DNA of 64,000 bases. Source: a virus. The notes below the pieces were generated by a model that saw only the letters and a list, made by a program, of their open reading frames with translations, was not told the DNA's origin and ran no database searches. Numbering within the stretch: the first letter of the stretch is position 1; each line of letters starts with the position of its first letter. A program made the position numbers and the translations under genes. Of the stretch, positions 40,796 to 50,727 are shown one piece after another. The stretch lies in IMG/VR virus record IMGVR_UViG_3300024348_000008, one strand, 5' to 3'.

Positions 40796-42507
40796 TCGAA
40801 TTTAAATCGTGTAAGTGGAAGAACTTTCTATCCACTGGTAATGAATTTACCAATATTCAATTAGATAAAGAACCAACAACATTAATAGTCGGAGCTAACG
40901 GAGCTGGTAAATCTACTCTTTTGGATGCTATTTCCTTTGGTTTATTTGGAAAACCACACAGAGACATTAAAAAAGATCAAATGATCAATAGTATTAATAA
41001 AAAAGGTACAGTTGTTGAAGTAGAGTTTGATGTTGGAGGTCAATCGTTTAGAATTTATAGAGGAATTAAACCTAATAAATTTGAAATATACCAAAACGGT
41101 CATCAAATTAATCAAGCTTCAAATGCCAGAGATCATCAAAAATATCTCGAACAAAATATACTTAAATTAAATCATAAATCTTTTCATCAAGTTGTAGTTC
41201 TAGGATCTTCAAGTTTTATTCCCTTTATGCAATTACCAACTTGGACTCGAAGAGAAGTAATTGAAGATCTCTTAGATATTAACATATTCTCTAAAATGAA
41301 TGGTTTATTAAAAGAAAGAAACAATAAAATTAAAGATGAATTAATTGATATTACACATCGCTTAGATCTAAATAAAACAAAAACAGATTCACAAAACAAA
41401 TATATAAAAGATCTACAAGGTATTAATAAAGATATGATAGAACAAAAAGAGCTATCTATTAAAGATCATAAAACAGAAATATTAGAATATTTTGCAAATT
41501 CAAAAAAATTAGGAAAAAATCTAACTAATGAAATGGATATTAATGCAAAAACTAATTCTAAAATATCAGATAATATTAGTCAATTAAATTCAAAAGATTA
41601 TTCTAATAAAGAGGCTATTAAAGGTTTAGTTAAAGAAGCAAGGTTTTATGAAGACAATGATCACTGCCCTACATGTGATCAAAATATAGATGAAGAAACG
41701 AAAGCATCAAAGTTATTATCTTTAGGTAAAACTGCAGGATCAATGCAATCTAATATGAATATATTAAAGAAAGAATTAGATGCAGCAATAGTAGATCTAA
41801 ATGAAAACAAAAAGATTATGCAAAAATTACAAAATCGTCAAATAAAAATTAATTCAAACAATGACGCAGTAACAATATTACAAAAAGAAATTGATCGTAT
41901 TCAAAATGAAATAAAAAACTTAAGTGGCCAAACAGGTGATGTAAAAGTTGCCAAAAGAGATTTAGAAACATTACGACTAGAAAAAGATAAATGTACAGAA
42001 AGAAAACTAACATATGTAGAAGAACGTACATATAATGAAGTAATTGGAGAAATGCTTAAAGATACTGGTATTAAAACTAAAGTGATTAAACAATATCTTC
42101 CAGTAATGAATAGATTAATTAATAATTATCTTCAAGTATTAGATTTCTTTGTTGCATTTCATCTAGATGAATCATTTAATGAAACAATTAGATCTCGCCA
42201 CAGAGATTCATTCAATTATGCTTCATTTTCTGAAGGAGAGAAGCAAAGAATAGACTTAGCTTTGCTCTTTACTTGGCGCCAGTTAGCTAAAATGAAAAAC
42301 AGTGCAAGTAGTAATTTATTGATCCTAGATGAGACTTTTGACTCTAGTTTAGACGTAGATGGCATAGATAATCTCACCAAGATACTAAATACGCTCGAGG
42401 AAGGCACAAATGTGTTCATTATATCACATAAAGGTGATATTTTAGAAAATAAGTTCAGATCTAAGATAGAATTCTATAAAGATAGGAACTTTTCTAAGAT
42501 TAGATAG
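40792..42507 (+). CDS. gp46: Recombination ATPase gp46 (Rad50-like)
   Basis: GANGAGKS, CPTC zinc hook, FSEGEK signature, LILDE. Confidence 0.95.
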   Translation: MIEFKSCKWKNFLSTGNEFTNIQLDKEPTTLIVGANGAGKSTLLDAISFGLFGKPHRDIKKDQMINSINKKGTVVEVEFDVGGQSFRIYRGIKPNKFEIYQNGHQINQASNARDHQKYLEQNILKLNHKSFHQVVVLGSSSFIPFMQLPTWTRREVIEDLLDINIFSKMNGLLKERNNKIKDELIDITHRLDLNKTKTDSQNKYIKDLQGINKDMIEQKELSIKDHKTEILEYFANSKKLGKNLTNEMDINAKTNSKISDNISQLNSKDYSNKEAIKGLVKEARFYEDNDHCPTCDQNIDEETKASKLLSLGKTAGSMQSNMNILKKELDAAIVDLNENKKIMQKLQNRQIKINSNNDAVTILQKEIDRIQNEIKNLSGQTGDVKVAKRDLETLRLEKDKCTERKLTYVEERTYNEVIGEMLKDTGIKTKVIKQYLPVMNRLINNYLQVLDFFVAFHLDESFNETIRSRHRDSFNYASFSEGEKQRIDLALLFTWRQLAKMKNSASSNLLILDETFDSSLDVDGIDNLTKILNTLEEGTNVFIISHKGDILENKFRSKIEFYKDRNFSKIR

Positions 42508-42592
42508 AAAAACAGCTCTGGTGTGAATTGTTGCGTATGTATACCTTAGTAACTGTTTCAAAACGCACACCCGCTCACAAAAAAATCAACAC

Positions 42593-42720
42593 TGTGACTA
42601 ATATATCACTATGGTCACATAAAGTGAAAATAAATGAAAAAAAGTGAAAAAAAGCATGTACATACCCGGTCCATATGGTATAATATACCTATATTAAAAA
42701 ATAAAACACTGTAAGGAGTG
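42593..42720 (+). repeat. ~128-bp promoter cassette, copy 1 (palindrome, A-tracts, early promoter at 42657-42684, SD)
   Basis: Near-identical to 44977-45105 except in the -35/-10 spacer. Confidence 0.9.
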
Positions 42721-44976
42721 GATATGCAAAACAAAACAATAGGTAAATTACTCGCAAAAGAGAATATTACTATTCAACATGGTAATTATCATACCGCTTG
42801 GTTTGACATACAAAACAGAACTTTGGGACTTCCGCAATGGGCAGATCATGGTAAAGATGTATATGATTTGTTAATTGGTCATGAAGTTGGTCATGCATTA
42901 TTTACCCCCTTTGAAGGATGGCACGATTCTCCTGAAAAATTAAAAGGTTGTCCTAGATCTTATATTAATGTAATTGAAGATGCTCGTATTGAAAAACTAG
43001 TACGTCGAGCATATCCTGGTCTTGTTGGTCCTTTCTTAAGAGGATATAAAAAGCTTTCTGCTGATAACTTTTTTGGTGATTTAGATAAATTAAAGATGCA
43101 ACAAGTTAAGCTTATCGATAAAATTAACCTTAAAGCAAAATTAGGTAAAGAAATTGATATACGATTTAATACACTAGAGCAAGCTTTATTTGACAGAGCA
43201 ATGTTAACAGAAACGTTTGAAGAAGTAGTTGAATTAGTAAAAGATGTTCTTGCATATACTAAAGAAAATCAAAAAGAATTAATGGATCAACCCGCACTAT
43301 TACCTAATGTTGAACCATCACTATTACCTAAAGGTAATGATGATATACCTAAAGGTCATGATGATATGGATTCTGAAGAAGCTTCTCCTCAAGAAGAAAC
43401 TTCTTCTACTCAAAATGAGGAAGAAGAAAATTCTTCAACTCAAGAAGCAAAAGAAAATGAAGAAGCAAAAGAAGATAAAAATAATATTGTTTCTAAAGAA
43501 CCTATACATAATGATCATGAAGATACCTCAATAACTGATACAATATTTAGAGAAAACGAAAGTGGATTAGTTGCAAAAGATCATTTAGGTCATGAAGTAT
43601 TATATTCTTCAGGTATATCTAAAGAGCTTATTAACGAAATTGTAATCGATTATAAAACATTAGCTAAAGATAGATTATATCAAACAAAACTAAATAATAA
43701 TAAGTCTTTAGAAAATCGTAATTTAGAATTTAAGCAATATATGAAAGATACTCGTAAGAATGTTAATTTTGCTATTAAAGAATTTGAAATGAGAAAGGCA
43801 GCACATCAATGGCAAAGAGCTACTACAGCTAAAACTGGTTCTTTAGATGTTAATAAAGTACATAGTTATAAATATAATGAAGATATTTTTGCAAGAGTTA
43901 CTTCATTAGCAGATGCTAAAAATCATGGTATGATTATGATTATCGATTATAGTGGTTCAATGTGTGAATCAATGCCATATGTTTTAGATCAATTGATGCA
44001 TTTAATAGTATTTTGTAAAGCAGTAAATATACCTTTTGAAGTATATGCATTTACTACTGGAAACCCAAATTTTGTTAATTGGCATCATAGAGAAGATGAT
44101 GATGTTGAACGTAAAGCTTTCATTGAATCTCATAACACAATAGTAAACAATAATATTAAAAAATTTAAAGATGCATCTTTATCCATAGATGATCTTTCAA
44201 TGCCTTTATTGGTTTCTTCAAAGTTGAAAAAAAATGAATATATTACTGCAATGGCTAACTTACATTGTAAAATAAAGTCATCCACTTGGAATAGTGGATT
44301 TACTAGTCAGTATGAACAATGGGGATCAACTCCATTAAATGCTGCTTTAGTTGTATCTCATCATCTCATTAAAAAATTCAAAATGAAACATGGTGTTGAA
44401 AAAATGAATTTTGTATGTTTATCTGATGGAGATACTAATCAAATGCATGTTATACATGATCATAAGCTTACTAGTAAAAGAACAGAAACAAATAGTTGGG
44501 GTAGATCTGGATTAAATATTACTATTGATGGTAAAAATATCAAGACAAGTGATAGCTCAAAGGGTGCAACCAAAGAGTTATTACTCAATATTCAAAAAAG
44601 ATATAATACTAATACTTTAGGGTTTTTTATGGCAGATGACAATAGACATTTTTATAATAGAATTCAATCTGCTGTTATGGATTCAGAAAAATCACAATTT
44701 ATTGATTATTATTCACAAGAATGGAAAGATCTTAAGAAAAACTCAAATACAGAATTTCGCAAAAATAAATGCGTAGTTAAAAATAATGTATTAGGTTATA
44801 ATGAATATTACATCATTAAAGGTGGAGCAACGCTATCTGCTCAAGGCGATGAACCAATGTCTGATTTAAATGATGATTCTTCAACTGCTCAAGTTAGGAA
44901 CGCGTTTAAAAAACAAGCTAAATCAAAGAAAACAAACAAAGTGTTATTAACAAGATTTGGTAAAGCGGTAGCATAG
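42718..44976 (+). CDS. CobT-like vWA protein with an N-terminal HExxH motif
   Basis: HEVGH, NVIEDARIE, MIDAS-like IIDYSGSM, STPL and LSDG; adjacent to an AAA+ partner. Confidence 0.8.
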   Translation: MDMQNKTIGKLLAKENITIQHGNYHTAWFDIQNRTLGLPQWADHGKDVYDLLIGHEVGHALFTPFEGWHDSPEKLKGCPRSYINVIEDARIEKLVRRAYPGLVGPFLRGYKKLSADNFFGDLDKLKMQQVKLIDKINLKAKLGKEIDIRFNTLEQALFDRAMLTETFEEVVELVKDVLAYTKENQKELMDQPALLPNVEPSLLPKGNDDIPKGHDDMDSEEASPQEETSSTQNEEEENSSTQEAKENEEAKEDKNNIVSKEPIHNDHEDTSITDTIFRENESGLVAKDHLGHEVLYSSGISKELINEIVIDYKTLAKDRLYQTKLNNNKSLENRNLEFKQYMKDTRKNVNFAIKEFEMRKAAHQWQRATTAKTGSLDVNKVHSYKYNEDIFARVTSLADAKNHGMIMIIDYSGSMCESMPYVLDQLMHLIVFCKAVNIPFEVYAFTTGNPNFVNWHHREDDDVERKAFIESHNTIVNNNIKKFKDASLSIDDLSMPLLVSSKLKKNEYITAMANLHCKIKSSTWNSGFTSQYEQWGSTPLNAALVVSHHLIKKFKMKHGVEKMNFVCLSDGDTNQMHVIHDHKLTSKRTETNSWGRSGLNITIDGKNIKTSDSSKGATKELLLNIQKRYNTNTLGFFMADDNRHFYNRIQSAVMDSEKSQFIDYYSQEWKDLKKNSNTEFRKNKCVVKNNVLGYNEYYIIKGGATLSAQGDEPMSDLNDDSSTAQVRNAFKKQAKSKKTNKVLLTRFGKAVA

Positions 44977-45105
44977 TGTGACTAATATATCACTATGGTC
45001 ACACAAAATGAAAATAAATGAAAAAAAGTGAAAAAAAGCATGTACAAAGCTATATGTTTATGGTATAATATACCTATATTAAAAAATAAAACACTGTAAG
45101 GAGTG
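44977..45105 (+). repeat. ~129-bp promoter cassette, copy 2 (early promoter at 45041-45069)
   Basis: Direct repeat of 42593-42720. Confidence 0.9.
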
Positions 45106-45113
45106 TATACATT

Positions 45114-46298
45114 ATGAAAAAAAGTGAAATGAAACCATCAACCCAAAACATCTTGAAAGAATTATCTTCAAGATTTCCAGATCAAAATGAATTTCGTACT
45201 GCGACAATCATAGAGACTGCAAAATCTTTGGGTTATAAGTATGGTGATTGGAAAGATATTATCTCATCAGAATTTAGAATTAGACGTGGAACGTTTGATC
45301 TTGCTGGTATGGTAGTACCTTTACATCCAGAAACAGAAACAAATATAACTGTTCCACAAACCGCTGCACAATTGCATTCAATTGTAAATTCGGAAAAAAC
45401 ATTTGCAGAAGTTGATCCTTCATATGTTCCATGGGGAGCACATGCGGATATTACTAAAGTTGTAAAATCTGGAATGTTTTATCCAGTATATATTTCTGGA
45501 TTATCAGGAAATGGTAAAACATTTATGGTTGAACAAACTTGTGCAAAACTTAAAAAGGAGTTTATACGAGTTCAAATAAATCCTGAAACTGATGAAGATG
45601 ATTTAATTGGTGGATTTAGATTACTAAATGGTGAAACTGTATTTTCAAAAGGTCCAGTACTTAAAGCAATGGAAAACGGAGCTATTTTGCTTCTTGATGA
45701 AATTGATAGAGCTACAAATAAAATTATGTGTCTTCAAGGTATTCTCGAAGGAAAACCTGTTCTTGTTAAGAAAACTGGTGAGATTGTAAGACCTTCTCCA
45801 GGATTTAACGTTATAGCTACTGCTAATACAAAAGGTAAAGGTTCTGAAGATGGAAGATTTACTGCAGCAACTATTATCGATGATGCATTCTTAGAACGAT
45901 TTACAATTTCAATTGATCAAGCATTTCCTGCAGCAAGAACTGAAAGTAAAATTGTTATTAATCATTTCGAAAAATTTGGAATGAAAATTGATCAAGATAT
46001 TAAAGATTTTACTAAAAACTTAGTTGATTGGGCAGACATAATTAGAAAAACGTTTTATGATGATGGTGTTGATGAAGTTATTTCAACAAGACGCCTTTGT
46101 CACATTGTTCAAACATATTCTATATTTAATGATAGAATGAAAGCAATTGATCTTTGTATAGCACGATTTGATGATGATACAAAAGAAGCATTTCTTGATT
46201 TGTATACAAAAGTAGATTCTGGTGTTGTATTTGAATCTCCTATTAGTGATGAAATTGCAACAGATTATGATGATTATAACGAACAAGATGACGAATGA
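45114..46298 (+). CDS. CobS/MoxR-like AAA+ ATPase
   Basis: GLSGNGKT, LLLDEID, ATANTKG, AFLERF, STRRL. Confidence 0.88.
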   Translation: MKKSEMKPSTQNILKELSSRFPDQNEFRTATIIETAKSLGYKYGDWKDIISSEFRIRRGTFDLAGMVVPLHPETETNITVPQTAAQLHSIVNSEKTFAEVDPSYVPWGAHADITKVVKSGMFYPVYISGLSGNGKTFMVEQTCAKLKKEFIRVQINPETDEDDLIGGFRLLNGETVFSKGPVLKAMENGAILLLDEIDRATNKIMCLQGILEGKPVLVKKTGEIVRPSPGFNVIATANTKGKGSEDGRFTAATIIDDAFLERFTISIDQAFPAARTESKIVINHFEKFGMKIDQDIKDFTKNLVDWADIIRKTFYDDGVDEVISTRRLCHIVQTYSIFNDRMKAIDLCIARFDDDTKEAFLDLYTKVDSGVVFESPISDEIATDYDDYNEQDDE

Positions 46299-46573
46299 GT
46301 AAAAAAGTCGATTATAAATTTAATGAAGGTGAGCTCTGTGATGAGCTCAAAGCCTACATAGATAGTACGTATACTGCGCATTATTCTAAAAACAAATTTC
46401 AAGCAACCGAATTTATTATTGACGGTGGTCATGGTGAAGGCTTTTGTTTAGGAAACATATTGAAGTACGCACAACGATATGGTAAAAAAGATGGTTATAA
46501 TAGAAAAGATCTGATGAAGGTTTTACACTATGCAATTATCGCACTTTCGGTTCATGATGAGCGTGAACTATAA
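46295..46573 (+). CDS. DUF3310-like protein (putative nucleotide kinase or hydrolase)
   Basis: HY...GFCLGNILKYAQRYGKK...DLMK pattern. Confidence 0.65.
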   Translation: MSKKVDYKFNEGELCDELKAYIDSTYTAHYSKNKFQATEFIIDGGHGEGFCLGNILKYAQRYGKKDGYNRKDLMKVLHYAIIALSVHDEREL

Positions 46574-46587
46574 TTGAGGATTATATT

Positions 46588-47262
46588 ATGAATATATCAA
46601 ATGACACATTAAAAGTGTTAAAAAACTTTGCAACGATTAATCCAAATATCGTTTGTAAACCTGGTCAAAAATTATCGACCATATCAGATGCAAAAAACAT
46701 ACTTGCATCGTGCACAATCCCTGAGGATTTTCCACAAGAGTTCGGAATCTATGATTTAAACGAATTTTTATCTGTGGTAGGTTTGATGGATAATGCATCA
46801 TTATCTTTTGAAGATAAATTTGTTACTATTAATGGAGATCATAAACAGAGAATGAACTATTATTTTTCTGCTCCTGAAATTTTAACATCTCCTGAAAAAG
46901 ATTTAACAATGCCAGAAGCAGAATTTAGTATATCATTATCAATGGATACTTTAAACAATATTAGAAAAGCTTCTGCAGTTTTAGGACACAATGAATTAGT
47001 TATTAGTGGTGAAAATGGAGATGTAAGTGCAAAGGTTGTTGATTTAAAAGATGCAACTGCTAATTCTTATGAAATGCATTTAGATCATGACAATGATTGT
47101 AAAAATAAATTTAGTTTTGTAATTAATATTGCAAATTTAAAGCTATTAGAAGGCGATTACTTCTTAATGATTTCATCTAAATTGATTTCATCGTGGCAGA
47201 ATACGGATTTTCCGGTAAATTATTTTATCGCTTTAGAAAAAACGTCTGAATTTCATGTATAA
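46588..47262 (+). CDS. gp45: Sliding clamp gp45
   Basis: LKNFATINPN, FGIYDLNEFL, YFIALE. Confidence 0.94.
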   Translation: MNISNDTLKVLKNFATINPNIVCKPGQKLSTISDAKNILASCTIPEDFPQEFGIYDLNEFLSVVGLMDNASLSFEDKFVTINGDHKQRMNYYFSAPEILTSPEKDLTMPEAEFSISLSMDTLNNIRKASAVLGHNELVISGENGDVSAKVVDLKDATANSYEMHLDHDNDCKNKFSFVINIANLKLLEGDYFLMISSKLISSWQNTDFPVNYFIALEKTSEFHV

Positions 47263-47265
47263 ATA
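47258..47265 (+). promoter_or_regulatory. Late promoter
   Basis: TATAAATA overlapping the gp45 stop codon. Confidence 0.6.
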
Positions 47266-47365
47266 TACATGTAAAAGAAATTCTCATATATCATGAGGAT
47301 ATGGTGGAAGATGCCGCAATTGCGGGTCTTCTTAATATAGTCTACTTTGCAAAGGAGAAAACAAA

Positions 47366-47623
47366 ATGACTGATCAAGTAGAAAATCAAGCAGCAGAGCC
47401 TGTACAACTCTCGCTTCAAGATATCGCAACAATGGTACAGATTATCGACATCTGTTCTAAAAGAGGCGGTTTTGAAGGTCCAGAAATGGAAGCAGTAGGT
47501 TCTTTGAGAACTAGAACTGTTAAATTCTTGGAAGCTAATCAACCGCAAGGTGAACAAGCTCCAGAAGGAACAGTTCCTCAAGAAGAGCCAGTTGTCGAGA
47601 CTGTAGAAGCCGAAGAAGCTTAA
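47366..47623 (+). CDS. Small acidic hypothetical protein
   Basis: AAGGAG SD; QIIDICSKRGGFEG. Confidence 0.75.
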   Translation: MTDQVENQAAEPVQLSLQDIATMVQIIDICSKRGGFEGPEMEAVGSLRTRTVKFLEANQPQGEQAPEGTVPQEEPVVETVEAEEA

Positions 47624-47637
47624 CTCGATTAGCTTAA

Positions 47638-47664
47638 TGTGAGGGTAGCTCCCTCACGCATTTT
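47638..47664 (+). terminator. Putative intrinsic terminator
   Basis: GTGAGGG-TAGCT-CCCTCAC followed by GCATTTT. Confidence 0.65.
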
Positions 47665-47687
47665 ATATTATATTATGGAGATCATTA

Positions 47688-47945
47688 ATGGATCGTAATG
47701 AAAAACAACGCCTATTCGAGGCACTTAAACAAGGTACAGTAACTGTAACCTTTCAAAAAATTAACTCGGACGAGATTCGAGTTATGCCATGCACTCTAAA
47801 TCCAATAGTATTAGAAGCTTTTGGTATCAATCAAAAAATCGGTAATATCACACCAGAATCAGAGCATTATGCTGCTTGGGCATTAGACAAAGAAGATTGG
47901 AGATCTTTTCGTTTAGATACAGTTCTAGGTTGGGAGGTATTATGA
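47688..47945 (+). CDS. SH3/WYL-like beta-barrel protein (DUF2693-like)
   Basis: VTFQK...RVMPCTL...WRSFR. Confidence 0.7.
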   Translation: MDRNEKQRLFEALKQGTVTVTFQKINSDEIRVMPCTLNPIVLEAFGINQKIGNITPESEHYAAWALDKEDWRSFRLDTVLGWEVL

Positions 47946-48880
47946 TGCAAGAATTTTTATGGTGTGAAAAGTATAGACCAAAGACAATCGCTGATTGTAT
48001 TTTACCAGAGCCAATAAAGAAAACTTTTGAAGATATTGTTAAAGGCGGTGAATTACACAATATGCTTCTAACCGGAACTCCCGGTTTAGGTAAAACAACA
48101 GTGGCAAAAGCTTTATGTAATGAATTGTCTTTGGACTTTCTTTTAATAAACGGTTCGGAAGAAAGTGGAATTGACACACTTCGAACCAAGATCAAACAGT
48201 TTGCTTCGTCGGTATCCTTACAGGGTGGTTATAAAGTAGTCATCCTCGACGAAGCAGACTACCTTAATCCACAATCAACTCAACCAGCGCTTAGAGGATT
48301 TATTGAAGAATTCTCTGCTAATTGTAGATTTATTTTAACATGTAATTTTAAAAATCGTATTATTGAACCATTACATTCAAGATGTACTACAATAGAATTT
48401 AATATGACTAAAAGGGATAGTGCAGTATTATGTTCTAAGTTTTTAGATCGGTGTGGATTTATTCTTGAAACTGAAAATATAACATACGATGAAGCGGTTG
48501 TCGCAGAACTTATTATGAAACATATGCCAGATTGGCGTAGAGTTATTAATGAATTACAACGATATAGCTCTAGCGGTGTTATCGATAGTGGTATATTAAT
48601 ACAATTAAGTGATATCGCAATAAGTGATTTAATGGAGCACCTTAAACTTAAAAACTTTAAGCTTATGCGACAGTGGGTATCAGACAACATGGACAGTGAA
48701 CCTGCTGCTATATATAGAAAAATATATGATCATATGTATCACCATATTGAAGTTACCTCTATCCCACAAACGGTTTTAATTTTAGCAGATTATCAATATA
48801 AGAATGCATTCGTTGCAGATCATGAATTAAATACCGTTGCATGTTTAACAGAAATAATGGCAGGAGTCAAATTTAAATGA
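47945..48880 (+). CDS. gp44: Clamp loader large subunit gp44
   Basis: LWCEKYRP, GTPGLGKT, ILDEAD, SRC. Start set at ATG 47945 after GGAGG. Confidence 0.95.
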   Translation: MQEFLWCEKYRPKTIADCILPEPIKKTFEDIVKGGELHNMLLTGTPGLGKTTVAKALCNELSLDFLLINGSEESGIDTLRTKIKQFASSVSLQGGYKVVILDEADYLNPQSTQPALRGFIEEFSANCRFILTCNFKNRIIEPLHSRCTTIEFNMTKRDSAVLCSKFLDRCGFILETENITYDEAVVAELIMKHMPDWRRVINELQRYSSSGVIDSGILIQLSDIAISDLMEHLKLKNFKLMRQWVSDNMDSEPAAIYRKIYDHMYHHIEVTSIPQTVLILADYQYKNAFVADHELNTVACLTEIMAGVKFK

Positions 48881-49122
48881 CAGATAAAATAACACAAAAC
48901 GTAGTAAAACAATTAGATGTTCTTGAAAAAAACATTAATGAACTACAAAAAAGTCTTCAAGATGCATATAAACGTATTGGAGAATTGACTTCTGAATTAT
49001 ATGAAATAAAACAAAAAAATAATACTAAAAATTCTGATTTTTCTGATCTTGAAGATCTTAGAGAGTCATCATATGAAGATTGGGAATATGCATTATATTC
49101 TGATCCACCTAAATCCATATGA
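48877..49122 (+). CDS. Hypothetical coiled-coil protein between gp44 and gp62
   Basis: ATGA overlaps on both sides; heptad pattern. Confidence 0.6.
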   Translation: MTDKITQNVVKQLDVLEKNINELQKSLQDAYKRIGELTSELYEIKQKNNTKNSDFSDLEDLRESSYEDWEYALYSDPPKSI

Positions 49123-49499
49123 ATCCGTTTGAATATTTAAAAGCAATTAACATAACAAAAAAAGATGTTATGGTTGATGATATAGCAGAAAACAATTATA
49201 ATAGTTTTATTGTTAATAGATCTCTTTCATACTTTCCTGATACTGTTTTGTTTGCTAATGAAATGAATATAAACCATCATATTGACGCGCGTCTTCAATT
49301 CGATTTTTTTATAAATATAATTAAGAAACGAAAAAGATTCTCTAAGTGGACTAAAGCTAATGAAATAGAGAATTTAGCGGTCATTAAAGAATATTATGGT
49401 TATAGCGATGAAAAAGCTAAATCTATATATAATTTATTCAGTAATGAAGAATTACTAACATTGAAAAATAGGATTTACAAAGGTGGAAGAAGAAAATAA
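49119..49499 (+). CDS. gp62: Clamp loader small subunit gp62
   Basis: FIVNRSLSYFPD, KRKRFSKW, KEYYGYS. Confidence 0.92.
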   Translation: MNPFEYLKAINITKKDVMVDDIAENNYNSFIVNRSLSYFPDTVLFANEMNINHHIDARLQFDFFINIIKKRKRFSKWTKANEIENLAVIKEYYGYSDEKAKSIYNLFSNEELLTLKNRIYKGGRRK

Positions 49500-49911
49500 A
49501 GAAATACACCCGTGGACTCCAAGTAATATGCTTGAAGTTACACTTAATGAACCTGACGACTTTTTAAAGGTTCGAGAAACGCTGACTCGTATCGGAGTAG
49601 CATCAAGAAAAGAAAATAAATTATTTCAATCTTGTCATATTTTACATAAACAAGGTAGATATTTTATTGTTCATTTTAAAGAATTGTTTCTATTAGATGG
49701 AAAACCTTCTAATTTAATAGAAAACGATATACAACGTAGAAATACAATTGCTACGTTGTTAGCTGACTGGGGATTAGTTAGTATGATTGATCCCACACAA
49801 GCGAAGGATATTGCACCATTAAGACAAATCAAGGTAATACCGTTTAAAGATAAGTCTATATGGGAATTATGTCCTAAATATAATATAGGAAATAGTCAAT
49901 CTAAAGACTAA
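49483..49911 (+). CDS. regA: Translational repressor RegA
   Basis: DDFLKVRETLTRIG, QSCHILHKQGRYFIVHFKELF. Confidence 0.95.
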   Translation: MEEENKEIHPWTPSNMLEVTLNEPDDFLKVRETLTRIGVASRKENKLFQSCHILHKQGRYFIVHFKELFLLDGKPSNLIENDIQRRNTIATLLADWGLVSMIDPTQAKDIAPLRQIKVIPFKDKSIWELCPKYNIGNSQSKD

Positions 49912-49916
49912 TCTTG

Positions 49917-49985
49917 TATAAATATAACCGGTTGTCCCATTAGGGAGACCATATACTAATCTTGCTTTAAATAGGAGAAAAAATT
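49917..49985 (+). promoter_or_regulatory. Late promoter and structured hsp20 leader (ROSE-like)
   Basis: TATAAATA 49917-49924; hairpin 49930-49950; TCTTGCT 49960-49966 can pair with the SD AGGAGA 49973-49978. Confidence 0.6.
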
Positions 49986-50450
49986 ATGACAAGAAATAAT
50001 ATAAAAATGCATGTACCACGTTCGCTTTTTGTAGGATTCGAACATCTGTTTGATGACTTAGAACGTATTCACGGATCTGCTAGATCTGGAGATAATTATC
50101 CCCCTCATAATATAGTTAAAATTGACGACGAAAAGTTCTTGATTGAACTTGCCGTTGCCGGTTTTGCTGAAGAGGATATAAACATAGAAGTTAAAGAAGG
50201 CATCTTAGCGATATCTGGTGAAACTTCTGATGAAGAGCGCGCTTATGTACATAAAGGAATCTCGTCACGCAAATTTGAGAAAAGCTTCCGCATCTCAGAA
50301 TTTGTGGTAGTAGATGGGGCTGATCTTGTGGACGGAATACTCGTTATTAGTTTAAGAGTAGAACTTCCCGAAGAGAAGCGACCTAGGAAGATCAACATAG
50401 GATCTACTGGGAAATCAACGAAGCAGTCACCTGAATTTATTCAAGACTAA
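49986..50450 (+). CDS. hsp20: Small heat-shock protein (Hsp20/IbpA-like)
   Basis: YPPHNI, IELAVAGF, HKGISSRKF, DGILVI. Confidence 0.93.
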   Translation: MTRNNIKMHVPRSLFVGFEHLFDDLERIHGSARSGDNYPPHNIVKIDDEKFLIELAVAGFAEEDINIEVKEGILAISGETSDEERAYVHKGISSRKFEKSFRISEFVVVDGADLVDGILVISLRVELPEEKRPRKINIGSTGKSTKQSPEFIQD

Positions 50451-50499
50451 ATTAGCGAAAATACTAGTAGATATTAAGTAATATTTACTGGAGTTAATC

Positions 50500-50619
50500 A
50501 TGGGCTACTATCGTAAGCACAAAAATGACATCAGATCCGCAGTTGAATTAATTACAGTACTATTTTTTACAATAGGAATAGCACCAACATTAATGCTTCT
50601 TGCGTCTTTTAGTCATTAA
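50500..50619 (+). CDS. 39-aa single-pass membrane peptide (not in the ORF track)
   Basis: GGAG SD; MGYYRKHKNDIRSAVELITVLFFTIGIAPTLMLLASFSH*; followed by a terminator. Confidence 0.6.
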   Translation: MGYYRKHKNDIRSAVELITVLFFTIGIAPTLMLLASFSH

Positions 50620-50625
50620 TAACCT

Positions 50626-50660
50626 TTCATGGGGGGAAATAATTTTCCCCCTATGAATTT
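50626..50660 (+). terminator. Hairpin terminator
   Basis: TTCATGGGGGGAAA-TAAT-TTTCCCCCTATGAA then TTT. Confidence 0.7.
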
Positions 50661-50665
50661 AAGCA

Positions 50666-50694
50666 TGTACAAGTGATAAAAAATGTGGTATAAT
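50666..50694 (+). promoter_or_regulatory. Early promoter for gp43
   Basis: TGTACA-N17-TATAAT. Confidence 0.8.
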
Positions 50695-50727
50695 ATACCC
50701 AACGACTGATAATTATAATGGTGACTT

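Noticed and set aside
42508-42592. Possible ncRNA after gp46 (GGTGTG...CACACC)
   Set aside because: Only a 6-bp long-range pairing; no tRNA or known RNA fold recognised.
19762-49317. Intragenic TATAAATA matches (19762, 38262, 49310)
   Set aside because: Expected by chance in AT-rich coding DNA, so not listed as promoters. The 38262 and 49310 copies could serve downstream genes.
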